Positions 29,809 to 39,566 of a stretch of 64,000 nt of DNA are shown here, one piece after another. Position 1 is the stretch's first letter, and every line of letters starts with the position of its first letter. The notes under the pieces are model-generated. The model was not told the DNA's origin. It saw only the letters and a list, made by a program, of their open reading frames with translations, and did no database searches. The stretch is from Planctomycetota bacterium (GTDB taxonomy: Bacteria > Planctomycetota > UBA1135 > UBA2386): positions 2,400,001 to 2,464,000 of the forward strand of contig JBKAGP010000001.1 of assembly GCA_046290465.1 (NCBI GenBank), read 5' to 3'. The position numbers were made by a program, and so were the translations under genes.

Positions 29809-30801
29809 ATGCGCGCGATCCTCTACTCCTCCATCGCCCTCTTCACCCTCGTCAGCCTCCTGCCCGGCCAGCGCGGCCGGCGCCGCAGCCAGGCGCCCGC
29901 GGAGATGAAGAACTTCACGTTCGAGGAGGAGATGTTCCAGAGCGACGCCGTCGACCGCCGCATGCCCTACGGCATCTACCTGCCGAAGGACTACGACGCC
30001 GAGCAGAACGCCGGCAAGACCTGGCCCCTGGTGATCTGGCTGCACGGCATGTGGGAGGACCACATGCGCTTCCACACCCGCGGCGGCGCGCAGATGCTCG
30101 ACCGCGCCGTCAGCGAGATGCGCATGCCGCAGTGCATCTTCGTGACGGCCAACGCCGGCCGCTCGTCGATGTACATGAACCGCGGCAAGGAGCGCTGGCA
30201 GGACCTGATCAGCAAGGACCTGCTCGAGCACGTCAGCAAGAACTATCGCGTCAGCAAGAAGCGCGACGAACGCGCGCTGATGGGCGTGTCGATGGGCGGC
30301 ATGGGCGCGCTGCGGATCGCGTTCACCCACCCGGAGCTGTTCGGCGCGGTCGCCGTGCACAGCTCGGCGGTGTTCGCCAAGGACCCCGAGGACATGCCCG
30401 ATCGCATCAAGACGTTCGCCGGCCGGCTCGGCTTCGGCACGCCGATCGACAAGGAGCTGTGGCAGAAGGTCAACCCGACCTGCATCGCCGACAAGCTCGA
30501 GAGCAAGGACCTGTTGGGGCTGCGCATCTACTTCGACGCCGGCTCCGACGACCGCTACGGCTTCGACTCGGGCAACGAACTGCTGCACGAGTGCCTCGAG
30601 AAGCGCAAGATCGCGCACCAGTGGCGGCTGATCCCGGGCGGTGGCCACTCGTGGGGCAACCGCTTCCAGGACCGCACGCTGCCGTTCTCGTTCCAGTTCG
30701 TCGGCAAGCTGTTCCGCGGCGAGGACGTCGACGGCAAGCCGCTGCGCAAGGGCGACGGCAAGGCCGATCGCAAGGGCGATAGGGCCGACGGCGGCCGGTA
30801 G
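29809..30801 (+). CDS. Secreted esterase (alpha/beta-hydrolase)
   Basis: IYLP, WLHG, GVSMGG, DAGSDD, GGHSW. Confidence 0.9.
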   Translation: MRAILYSSIALFTLVSLLPGQRGRRRSQAPAEMKNFTFEEEMFQSDAVDRRMPYGIYLPKDYDAEQNAGKTWPLVIWLHGMWEDHMRFHTRGGAQMLDRAVSEMRMPQCIFVTANAGRSSMYMNRGKERWQDLISKDLLEHVSKNYRVSKKRDERALMGVSMGGMGALRIAFTHPELFGAVAVHSSAVFAKDPEDMPDRIKTFAGRLGFGTPIDKELWQKVNPTCIADKLESKDLLGLRIYFDAGSDDRYGFDSGNELLHECLEKRKIAHQWRLIPGGGHSWGNRFQDRTLPFSFQFVGKLFRGEDVDGKPLRKGDGKADRKGDRADGGR

Positions 30802-30929
30802 CGAACCGTCCCGTTGCGCGAAAATGCGCGGCGATCCGTCAATCGGGGCTGCATCCAGGCCGATCGGCCCTGCTAGAGGAGGAGGGAGGCCGGGCGCCCA
30901 ATGGGGGGCGGTCGCGGCGTCCGATCGCC

Positions 30930-31355
30930 ATGTTCAGCCTCGAACACCGCATCCGCGTCTTTGTGTTCCAGGTGCTCGACGAACGCGTCGAGTTCCTGCT
31001 GTTGCGCCACAAGCCGCGCGAGGAGTGGCCGCTCGGCCCGGTCGTCGGTCCGGTGACACCGGGCGAGAAGCTCGAAGAAGCGATCCGCCGCGAGGTCGAG
31101 GCCGAGACCGGCCTGCGCCGCCCGGTGCACCTGCAGGAACTCACCCAACCCCAGAAGGAACTGTTCGGGGACGTGGGCGTAGTGGAGTGGCCTTACGCGT
31201 GGCAGGCAGGAACCCCCGGCGAACCGGTCGCCGACCTGACCCCCGGCCCGATGATCGGCGAGCTGCAGTGGCTGCCGTTCGACGAGGCATTTCAACGACT
31301 TGAAAACGGCGGCGACAGGGACGCACTGGTGCGCCTGCAGCTCAGCCTGCAATAA
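30930..31355 (+). CDS. NUDIX-fold protein
   Basis: G.V.PGE.LEEAIRREVEAETGL Nudix box. Confidence 0.85.
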   Translation: MFSLEHRIRVFVFQVLDERVEFLLLRHKPREEWPLGPVVGPVTPGEKLEEAIRREVEAETGLRRPVHLQELTQPQKELFGDVGVVEWPYAWQAGTPGEPVADLTPGPMIGELQWLPFDEAFQRLENGGDRDALVRLQLSLQ

Positions 31356-31439
31356 TCTTCCCCCCAGGTTGCGGAGATCGCCGTATACCCGCACCCTTGC
31401 GCCCGCTTTCTGCCGGGTTCGCCCCCTCTGATTCCCCTC

Positions 31440-31832
31440 ATGACCGACGACACCAAGCGCGCTGACGCGCAAGCCCCCGCCGACAACGGCGAAGTCCTCG
31501 CCGACGGCCGCCTGCCCAGCTCCAACATGCGCAGCTATGCGATGCTGACGCCGGAGCTGAAGCAGCTCTACATGGGCTTCTACAAGGCGACCTACGGCAA
31601 GACGCAGCTGGACCTCAAGACCAAGGAGTTCATCGCCATCGCCGCCGCGCTGACGTCGGGCTGCAAGGGCTGCCTCGAGGGCCACCTCAAGAAGGCCAAG
31701 CGCGAGGGCGCGACCAGCGAGGAGATCAGCGAGGTCATCGCCGTGACGCTCAGCGTCAACGCCGCGACGATCGTCGACCGCAGCGACATCGCGAACTTCC
31801 ACCTGGGCGGCCTGTTCGACAAGCCGGAGTGA
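31440..31832 (+). CDS. Carboxymuconolactone decarboxylase/AhpD-family protein
   Basis: LDLKTKEFIAIA...GCKGCLEGH...GAT.EEI. Confidence 0.9.
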   Translation: MTDDTKRADAQAPADNGEVLADGRLPSSNMRSYAMLTPELKQLYMGFYKATYGKTQLDLKTKEFIAIAAALTSGCKGCLEGHLKKAKREGATSEEISEVIAVTLSVNAATIVDRSDIANFHLGGLFDKPE

Positions 31833-31873
31833 TCGGACCAAACCGACCACCCCGTCTGCCCGTTGGAGCTGGT

Positions 31874-33256
31874 GTGAAGACGCTCGGCTCCCGGAACTCC
31901 CACCGCATCCTCCCCCAGATGCCCTCGTGGGTGCGCTACGTGGTGGCAGGTTTCATCGCCGCCTGCTTCGCCTACGCGATCTGGCTGCTCAACCGCGTCG
32001 AGAAGGCCGAGGAGGTGCCCGACCTCCAGCTCGAGAAGGTCGTCACGGTCCCCGAGCTCGACACCAAGATCCTCGCGGCAACCAAGGACGCGACCCGCAG
32101 CGACCGCCTGCAGGTCGAGAAGGAGCCGCTCGCGCACCTGCTCGCCGAGGCGATCGACGTCGGCCCGAGCGTCGCCGCCGCACTCGACGTGCCGGCCACG
32201 ATGGTGCCGGTCGCCGACATCCGCGCACGGCTCGACGACTGGCGCTACCGCTGGCTCTGGTACGAGGGCAAGCTGCTGCAGCTGCTCGGCCCGCGCGCCG
32301 GCCACCCGATCGACGGCTACTCGATCTACGAGGCGACGGTGCAGCTGGCCGACGGCGAGACCGTGATCAGCTCGTTCTCGATCCCGGCTCGGGACGGCGT
32401 CCAGGTCGGGGATTGGGTTCGCGTCGAGGGCTACCTGTTCAAGCTGCGCGACGTCACCTACCCGGAAAAGCACGACAACGTGCCGATGCTGGTCGGGCGC
32501 ACGATCGAGCGCGACTACGAGGACTGGCCGGCCGTGACCGAACTCGACCCGGCGATGCTCGAAGGGCTCGCCGACGACACGCTGTGGCCCGGCGACCTCG
32601 CGATGCGCGACGTCGAGGACGACCAGACGCCGGCGCTCTGGCATCTCGGCGCGTTCGTGCGCGACACCGCCGACCAGTGGAACCTGAAGAAGTGGCGCCA
32701 GGTCGAGCCGCTCTCGGTCGCCGACCCGTACGATCGCCTGGTCGCCGGCGAGATCGAACGCGGCGAACCGATGCGGGTGTTCGGCACGTTGATCCGACGA
32801 CGCACCATCGCGGCGCCGGCCAACCCCGCCAACATCCGCTACTGGACGTCCGCCTGGGTGCAGGTCAGCGGCTTCGGCGGCCACCTCGTGCCGATCTGGG
32901 TGCCTGGCCGCGTCGGCGAACTGCCGATGCGCGCGCAGCTCGAGGTCAAGGGCTTCTACTACCGCTGGTACGTCTACGACAGCCAGCAGGGCAAGCGCTA
33001 CCGCGTGCCGCTGTTCCTCGCCGCCGACCTCGACCAGTTCGAGCTGAAGACCGGCGAGACCATGAAGACCATCGGCATCTGGCTGAGCGGCGTCGCGCTG
33101 CTGCTGGTGATCGGCCTGCTGTGGAGCCAGCGCCGCGCCCACCAGGCCGCGCTCGCCCACAGCCGCGACATGGACGCCCGCCGCCGCAAGCGCCGGCTGG
33201 CGGCGGCCAGCGAGCCGATGGCCGCGACCGTCGACGACGAAGCCACCGGTCGCTGA
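31874..33256 (+). CDS. Hypothetical membrane protein (N- and C-terminal TM, possible OB-fold repeats)
   Basis: GGAG + GTG 31874, two TM segments, repeated VEGYLFK / VKGFYYR strands. Confidence 0.75.
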   Translation: MKTLGSRNSHRILPQMPSWVRYVVAGFIAACFAYAIWLLNRVEKAEEVPDLQLEKVVTVPELDTKILAATKDATRSDRLQVEKEPLAHLLAEAIDVGPSVAAALDVPATMVPVADIRARLDDWRYRWLWYEGKLLQLLGPRAGHPIDGYSIYEATVQLADGETVISSFSIPARDGVQVGDWVRVEGYLFKLRDVTYPEKHDNVPMLVGRTIERDYEDWPAVTELDPAMLEGLADDTLWPGDLAMRDVEDDQTPALWHLGAFVRDTADQWNLKKWRQVEPLSVADPYDRLVAGEIERGEPMRVFGTLIRRRTIAAPANPANIRYWTSAWVQVSGFGGHLVPIWVPGRVGELPMRAQLEVKGFYYRWYVYDSQQGKRYRVPLFLAADLDQFELKTGETMKTIGIWLSGVALLLVIGLLWSQRRAHQAALAHSRDMDARRRKRRLAAASEPMAATVDDEATGR

Positions 33257-33349
33257 GCGGCCCGGTTTCGCGAAGACCGGTCTCGAGAGGACCGGCCCCG
33301 CGGCGGCGACGCCCCCGTCAGGCGCTCTACCGTCTGGCGCTCTGCCGCC

Positions 33350-35107
33350 TCAGGCCGTTCGTTCGCGCACCGCGAGCGCGGTGAAGAAGCCGGGGAAGTA
33401 GCGGCCGTGCTCGAGCAGCGCGCGACGCGAGCGTCGTTCGTAGTCGTGCTCGAGCGCGAACAGCGCGTCCTCGTCGTCGCACGGCCCGAACCGGTTGATG
33501 CTGGTGCTGCGCAGCCGCAGGCCGGCCTTGGCGAACCAGCCACAGACCTCACGCAGCGTGTGGCACGACTCGTGCGGGTGCAGCACCTGGTCGCGGAACC
33601 ACGACCGCGCCAGCACCTCGTCGCCCCCGCGCACGCCGTCGAGCGCCCGGTACTGCGCGAACGCCGCATTCTCGCCCTGCTCGGCGACGAGCGCGGCGAA
33701 GTGTTCGAGGAACGGCCGCCGGCCCGGCTCGTGGTAGAGGCCGACGTAGATCGCGCCGCCCGGCGCCACCAGCTGCTGCACGTGCGCGAACGCCGCGCCG
33801 GCGTCCTCGGTGTGGTGCAGCACGCCGACGCTGACGACCAGGTCGCACGGCTCCGCGGCGAACGCGTGCAGGTCCGACTCGACGAACTGCACGCGGTGCT
33901 CGACACCGAGCGCACGCGCGACCAGCGCGGCGCGCTCGAGCGCCTTCGGCGTGAAGTCGACCGCGGTCACGTCGACGCCGTAGTGGTGCGCCACCGTGCA
34001 CGCCAACCAACCGGCGCCGCAGCCGAGTTCGACCATGTGCCCCACGGCCGCATCCCGCAGGTGCGCGTGCAGATCCGGATGGCTCGCGGCGAGGTCGTGC
34101 TCGCGGATCGACCGCGCCGCCGACGCCACCGAGCCGTGCAGGTTGAACGGCATCACGTCGTAGAACGACCGCACGCTGCGGCCGACGGCCCCGGCGCCGC
34201 GGCGCTCGCCGACCACGGCACGGAGCCGGTCGTCGGCCCCGGCCGCCACGATGCGCTGCCAGACCGAGTCGGCGATGCGCTCATGCACGCCTTCACCGAA
34301 GTGCACGCCATCGGCACCTCGCTCGGTGCGCGCGTGCCGTTCGCCGTGGGTCTGCAGGAAGTCACGGTCGAGCAGCGCGAGCAGCGGTTCGAGCGCGTGA
34401 CCGCGCCGTGCGCCGACGTCGGGCAGCTGCTCGGGCCGGCAGGTCGCGAACGCCGGCACGCCGCGGCGCAGCAGGTGCTCCTGCATCCACAGCAGCGCGC
34501 GCAGGCTGGCGAGCAGGTCGTGCTGTGGGTCGCTGAACTGCAAGTAGTGATGTCCCCCCGCGAAGACGCGCCGCGGCCAGTCGTCGCCGCGCCGCGCCGC
34601 CATGCGCTCGACCTCCGCCGGCGCCTCGTCGTGATCGAACCACGGCCCGACATGGTACCACTGCCCGTCGCACAGCCCCTCGGTGCGGCGATGCTCGGCC
34701 ACGTTGACCAGCACCAGGTCCGGGCGCACCGCCTCGCACTGGCACAGCAGCTGGCGCGCGATCGCTTCGTTGCCGATGCCGCAGTCGGCGATGTTCAGCA
34801 GCGCGACGTCGCCCGCGCCGAGGCCGAGCTGCCGCCGCAGCCGTTCGACCACGCGCACCGGCCAGGCGTGCTGCCACGCGACCCCGAGGCCGAACGCGTC
34901 GCTCTCCCCCGCCACCAGCACCCGCAGCGGCGCATCCGGATCGAACGACGGTCCGCGGAAGCCGAGTTCGTGGAACGCGTAGCAGATCTCGTCGGTGTGA
35001 TCCGGCCCGTAGCCACGCTGCTGGTGGCAGCGGCCGAGCTGCCGCATGCGGCGTTCGTCCGGGCCTTCGTACGGCCGCGGCCCGGCGACCCTCCGGTCGT
35101 CCGGCAT
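33350..35107 (-). CDS. Fusion of SGNH-like domain and class I SAM methyltransferase
   Basis: N-half GFRG...GESDAFGLGV...DGVHF; C-half VELGCGAG, VDFT, GVLHHT. Confidence 0.85.
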   Translation of the reverse strand: MPDDRRVAGPRPYEGPDERRMRQLGRCHQQRGYGPDHTDEICYAFHELGFRGPSFDPDAPLRVLVAGESDAFGLGVAWQHAWPVRVVERLRRQLGLGAGDVALLNIADCGIGNEAIARQLLCQCEAVRPDLVLVNVAEHRRTEGLCDGQWYHVGPWFDHDEAPAEVERMAARRGDDWPRRVFAGGHHYLQFSDPQHDLLASLRALLWMQEHLLRRGVPAFATCRPEQLPDVGARRGHALEPLLALLDRDFLQTHGERHARTERGADGVHFGEGVHERIADSVWQRIVAAGADDRLRAVVGERRGAGAVGRSVRSFYDVMPFNLHGSVASAARSIREHDLAASHPDLHAHLRDAAVGHMVELGCGAGWLACTVAHHYGVDVTAVDFTPKALERAALVARALGVEHRVQFVESDLHAFAAEPCDLVVSVGVLHHTEDAGAAFAHVQQLVAPGGAIYVGLYHEPGRRPFLEHFAALVAEQGENAAFAQYRALDGVRGGDEVLARSWFRDQVLHPHESCHTLREVCGWFAKAGLRLRSTSINRFGPCDDEDALFALEHDYERRSRRALLEHGRYFPGFFTALAVRERTA

Positions 35108-35206
35108 CTAGAACAGCGGGTAGATGTTCGGGCTCTCGGCCTTGCGGCGGCGGAACGGGCGCAGGCACGCGCCCAGCAGCGAACGGATGCGACGAAGCAA
35201 CTTCAT
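35108..35206 (-). CDS. 32-aa basic peptide MKLLRRIRSLLGACLRPFRRRKAESPNIYPLF
   Basis: ATG overlaps the upstream TGA (ATGA), and its TAG abuts the downstream ATG at 35107. Confidence 0.75.
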   Translation of the reverse strand: MKLLRRIRSLLGACLRPFRRRKAESPNIYPLF

Positions 35207-36588
35207 GGGACTGGCGACGAGGGTGGTTCGGGCTTGCCGGGCGGGGGCGCGCCGGTCAGCCGACGATGCAGTGCGGCAAGCGCCGTGCCACCGAGGGCAC
35301 AAACGACCGCGGCGGCGGCGGCCGCGACGCGCCACCAGCCGTCGAGCAGCGCCGCTGCCGCCAGCAGCGCGACGATCGCGACCGGAGTCCAGCCGTGCAT
35401 CACGGCCGCCACCGCGACCGCACGCCGACACGACGCGCAGTGCCGCGCGTGCAGGTGCCAACGGTCGATCGGCCCGTCCGGAGCCGCCGCGCCGACGGCG
35501 TCGCCGCGCGTGCGCAGGCCGAGGTGATCCGGACGCTCGGCGTCGTGTTCGTCGATCCAGCTCCGGTAGGCGACCACCAGCGCATCGCTGCTCTTGAGCG
35601 GCAGCCACGCGTGGCCGAGCGTCTCGCGGCCGCGCGCGAGGTTGTCGCTCTGGCCGACGACCACCGCCATGTCCTGTTCGAGCAGGTGGCACTGGTGGCC
35701 GTGCTCCCAGAAGCGCGGCCGCAGCCGGTCGCGCAGCGTCCAGAAGTTGCTGTAGGCGCGGTAGAGCAGACGACAGCGGCCGCGGTCGAGCGGCAGCGAG
35801 TAGAGCAGCAGGCCGGCGACGCGGGGCGCGCCGCCGCCGCGTTCGTAGACCGACTGATAGTGCACCAGCCCCGGCGCCTCGAACGTCACCTCGGCCGCCC
35901 GGAGCGCGCCGGAATCCAGCCGACCGTCGGCGGACCGACCGATGTGCGCCGAGAAACCGTCGGTGTCCCGACGGTCGAACGCGAACGCGAGCGGGCCGGC
36001 CAGCGCCGCGTGCCCCCCACCGCGCACGCCGTCGTGTGCGATGTGGATGTGGGCATAGTCGAGCACGTTCTCGATCAGGAACTCCTGCGCGTAGGGCAGG
36101 TCCATCGCGAAGTCGATCGTGCGGCAGCCGTCGCGCTCGAGCGCGTCGCAGACCGGAATCGTCGCCGGATCGACGCCGGCATCGTCCCCGCCGTGCAGCC
36201 AGACGATGCCCTGCCGCACGGCCGTCGCTGCGGCGCGCGCACAGGCCGCCGCAGGGATCGCCTGGCCGGCTTCGAGCTGCGGGATGTGCCGGCAGGTTCC
36301 GTCGCCGTCGAAGCGCCAACCGTGGTACAGGCACTCGAGCCGGCCGTCGCGCACGCGGCCGTCGGACAGCCTGGCGGCCCGGTGCGGGCAGCGATCGCGC
36401 AGCGCGCGCAGCTGGCCCTCGCCGTCGCGGAACAGCGCGTAGGCCTCCCCCCACACCTCGACGCGCACCGGCCGGTCGGCCGGCACGTCCTGCGCGAACG
36501 CCACCGGGAACCAGTGGTCGCGCCACGATGGCACGGTCGCGTCGACGCCCGTAACGGGCGCCGTCGATGCGGGAATGCGAGACGTCAT
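35203..36588 (-). CDS. Rieske non-heme iron oxygenase, pheophorbide a oxygenase/Tic55-like
   Basis: CPHR...CLYHGW, EN.LD.AH...AH, EQD, DRW..H..HCASC, C-terminal TM helices. Confidence 0.9.
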   Translation of the reverse strand: MTSRIPASTAPVTGVDATVPSWRDHWFPVAFAQDVPADRPVRVEVWGEAYALFRDGEGQLRALRDRCPHRAARLSDGRVRDGRLECLYHGWRFDGDGTCRHIPQLEAGQAIPAAACARAAATAVRQGIVWLHGGDDAGVDPATIPVCDALERDGCRTIDFAMDLPYAQEFLIENVLDYAHIHIAHDGVRGGGHAALAGPLAFAFDRRDTDGFSAHIGRSADGRLDSGALRAAEVTFEAPGLVHYQSVYERGGGAPRVAGLLLYSLPLDRGRCRLLYRAYSNFWTLRDRLRPRFWEHGHQCHLLEQDMAVVVGQSDNLARGRETLGHAWLPLKSSDALVVAYRSWIDEHDAERPDHLGLRTRGDAVGAAAPDGPIDRWHLHARHCASCRRAVAVAAVMHGWTPVAIVALLAAAALLDGWWRVAAAAAAVVCALGGTALAALHRRLTGAPPPGKPEPPSSPVP

Positions 36589-36787
36589 GGGCAGGCCGGG
36601 CCTTCCTCCAGCTCGGATTGTGTCCGGACCCAGCAGGTCGTCAAGGCACCCCGAGGGCCCAGTCGCCACGAGCCACGTCGGCTCCGGGCCCCGCCCCCCC
36701 CCCACATCCGCTGGCGGATGCTGCTAGCATGCACCGACACAGGCATCCGCGGATGCCGCGCACCGGACTCGTGAAGGAGGAGCCACC

Positions 36788-38236
36788 ATGCAGAGATCGC
36801 TGACCCGTTGTCTCGCCGCCCTGTCGCTCTGCGGCGCAGTGTCGGCCCAGAACGCCGTCGTCGTGCCGCTGTCGCAGGGACCCGACGCGGCCCGCCGCGC
36901 CACCTCGCTCGCGGTCGTCGGCGGCGACGCACTGGTCGGCGGCCAGCTGGTCGGTCCGACCTTCGACGCCGCCCTGTGGCGCATCGATGCGACCACCCAG
37001 GCGATCGCGACGCAGGGCTTCCCGGTGCCCGGCGGCGCGTCGGTGATGGCGGTCTCGTCGGACGGCACCCGCGTCGGCATCACCGACACGCTGAGCTTCA
37101 GTTCGTGGGCCGATCCCGCCAACCCGACGCTGCAGCCGATCGGCGTCGCCGCGCTGACCGCGATCGAACGGATCGGACCCGAGACGCGCGCCACCGGCTT
37201 CACCCACGTCGGCTTCACGACGCCGAAGTTCTATTCGAGCATGGGCCTGTTCGGCGGCTGGCAGACCCTGGCCGGTAACCAGGGCAACTTCCGCCAACCC
37301 CGTGCGATCAGCGCGTCGGGCAGCCGCGTGCTGGCGGGCGACCTCTACTGGAACTACGGCGGCAGCGGCTACGGCGTCGGCATCGACGTGCCGGGCAACG
37401 ACGACGCCGAGCACCTGTCGCCGGACGGCCGCGAGTGGGTCGGCTTCGGCAGCCGGCCGTTCCCGTTCCCGAACTTCGGCGGCGTGAACTACACGTGCAT
37501 CTGGAGCGAGGACCACGGCCTGCGCCGGACGTTCCTGCGCATGCCGGACGCCAGCTTGGCGGTGGCGCTCGGCCAACGCATCACCGACGACCGGACCGTC
37601 GGCGGCAGGCTGACGCTGCCGGGTGGGATCGAGGCCGGCATGATCTGGCACCCGAGCATGGGCAGCCTCTACCCGCAGCGCTTCGACGACTTCGTCGCGA
37701 GCCACGGCGGCCCGGCGATCGCGCCGGTCTCGTCGCTGCTGGGCATGGTCGACGACGGCACCCACCTGCACTTCCTGTTCGAGGACGCGAGCGCGCAAGA
37801 CCCCGAATACCACTACGTGCGCACGCCGAACTTCTCGACGCCGGCGAGCCCGTTCTCGGTCTACGGCACCGGCCGGGGCGACGAGCCGTTCTTGCCGCCG
37901 CACCTCTACGGCGAGGTCGACACCGGCACCGGCGGCCCCGGCGACACGGTGACGTTCCACGCTGCCGAGATCGAGTCGCCGAACCTGCCGTTCGGCGTGA
38001 TCGCGTTCGCCACGGCGGCCGTCGGGACCCCGGCGCTGCTGGTCGACCCGCAGGCGCTGATCACGACCGAGCTGGTCACGCTGACGCAGCCGCAGAGCCT
38101 CGCTCAGGACCACGGCAGCTACCAGTGGACGATTCCGGCCGGCACCAGCGGGCTGTCGCTGTTCGCGCAATACGTCGGCTTCGGCACCACCAGCGAGCTG
38201 GTGTTCAGCAACGGCCTGCGGCTCGACATCCAGTAG
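36788..38236 (+). CDS. Secreted hypothetical protein with shared C-terminal domain
   Basis: AAGGAGGAG RBS, signal peptide ending VSAQ, SSDG/SASG/SPDG propeller-like repeats, ends FSNGLRLDIQ. Confidence 0.85.
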   Translation: MQRSLTRCLAALSLCGAVSAQNAVVVPLSQGPDAARRATSLAVVGGDALVGGQLVGPTFDAALWRIDATTQAIATQGFPVPGGASVMAVSSDGTRVGITDTLSFSSWADPANPTLQPIGVAALTAIERIGPETRATGFTHVGFTTPKFYSSMGLFGGWQTLAGNQGNFRQPRAISASGSRVLAGDLYWNYGGSGYGVGIDVPGNDDAEHLSPDGREWVGFGSRPFPFPNFGGVNYTCIWSEDHGLRRTFLRMPDASLAVALGQRITDDRTVGGRLTLPGGIEAGMIWHPSMGSLYPQRFDDFVASHGGPAIAPVSSLLGMVDDGTHLHFLFEDASAQDPEYHYVRTPNFSTPASPFSVYGTGRGDEPFLPPHLYGEVDTGTGGPGDTVTFHAAEIESPNLPFGVIAFATAAVGTPALLVDPQALITTELVTLTQPQSLAQDHGSYQWTIPAGTSGLSLFAQYVGFGTTSELVFSNGLRLDIQ

Positions 38237-38325
38237 CGATCCGTTGGCGCGGGCGCGCGGTTGACGACCCCGAACGTCCCCGCGATGCTGCGCGCGGCCG
38301 ACCGCCCGGCCGCAAGCGCTTCCCC

Positions 38326-39495
38326 GTGAACACGATCAAGAACCTCGACGGCGTCCGCGGCATCGCGATCCTGCTCGTCGTGTTCTTCCACCTGCCCAAG
38401 CAGGCGGGCTGGGGCGGCGCAACGAGCCTGACGACGCTGCCGTTCGGCTGGATGGGCGTGCAGCTGTTCTTCGTGCTGTCGGGCTTCCTGATCACCCGGA
38501 TCCTGGTCGGCACCAAGGACCACGGCTTCGGCAGCTACCTGAAGCGCTTCTACGTGCGGCGGGTGCTGCGCATCTTCCCGCTCTACTACGGCTTCCTGCT
38601 CGCGCTCGGCCTGATCTGGGCGGTGACCTCGCTGCCTCCGCAGCTCGAACGGTACTGGCCGTACCTGGCGACGTTCACGTGGAACTGGACGCGCGCCGAC
38701 GTGACCTGGGAGGAGAGCACCTGGTTCGTGCACCTGTGGTCGCTGTCGGTCGAGGAGCAGTTCTACCTGGTGTGGCCGTTCGTCGTGTTCCTGCTGCCGC
38801 GCCGCGGCATCGTGCTCGCGTCGCTGGTCGCCGTGCTCGCGTGCCCGTTCGTGCGCATGGCGTTCGCCGACCACTACGCCGCCCGCGGCCTGCCGCCGTT
38901 CACCGTCTACGACGCGACCTACTGGAACACGCTCGGCCAACTCGACGCCTTCGCGTGGGGTGCACTGCTGTCGCTGGCGCCCTCCGACCTGCTGCAGCGC
39001 ATCCCGTCGGGCCTCACGCTGCTCGGCGGCGCTGCGCTGTTCGTGGCCGGTGGCATCGGCATGCAGCTGTTCGCCGTCGACGTGCCGGCGCCACTGGTCG
39101 ACATGCATCGCGAGGTCGCGCTCGCGACGGCCGGCTACTGGTGGCCGCTCGGTCTGCCGATCCCGCTGGTCGAGACCGCCAGCACGCGGCACGTCTGGGG
39201 CTACACGGTCATCAACGTGTTCTTCGCGACGATCATCCTGTTCGCGATCACGCGCCGCGCCACCTGGCTGCTCGCCAACCGGCCGCTGGTCGACGTCGGC
39301 AAGGTCAGCTACGGCATGTACGTGCTGCACCTGCCGGTGCTGGTGATGGTGACGCACTACGGCGCCGGCCACCTCGACATCCACTCGTGGCTCGGCGCAG
39401 GCGTCTACGTCGCGACGCTCTACCTGCTCAGCAAGCTGGTGTTCGCGTTCTGGGAGCGGCCGTTCCTGCGCCTCAAGGATCGCTTCGCCCCGTAG
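38326..39495 (+). CDS. Acyltransferase family 3 (OafA-like O-acyltransferase)
   Basis: LDGVRGIAILLV, GVQLFFVLSGFLI, RRVLRIFP, HLWSLSVEEQFY, SYGMYVLH. Confidence 0.95.
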   Translation: MNTIKNLDGVRGIAILLVVFFHLPKQAGWGGATSLTTLPFGWMGVQLFFVLSGFLITRILVGTKDHGFGSYLKRFYVRRVLRIFPLYYGFLLALGLIWAVTSLPPQLERYWPYLATFTWNWTRADVTWEESTWFVHLWSLSVEEQFYLVWPFVVFLLPRRGIVLASLVAVLACPFVRMAFADHYAARGLPPFTVYDATYWNTLGQLDAFAWGALLSLAPSDLLQRIPSGLTLLGGAALFVAGGIGMQLFAVDVPAPLVDMHREVALATAGYWWPLGLPIPLVETASTRHVWGYTVINVFFATIILFAITRRATWLLANRPLVDVGKVSYGMYVLHLPVLVMVTHYGAGHLDIHSWLGAGVYVATLYLLSKLVFAFWERPFLRLKDRFAP

Positions 39496-39566
39496 CGATC
39501 TGCAACGGCACTGCGATCTGCAACGGCACGGCGATCCACGACGGCGCTACGATCAACGACGGCGCA
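39495..39566. repeat. 18-bp tandem repeat, four degenerate copies
   Basis: gcgatctgcaacggcact / gcgatctgcaacggcacg / gcgatccacgacggcgct / acgatcaacgacggcgca. Confidence 0.85.

Noticed and set aside
39495..39566. Possible CRISPR array
   Set aside because: Units are 18 bp and contiguous with no spacers; no cas genes in the window.
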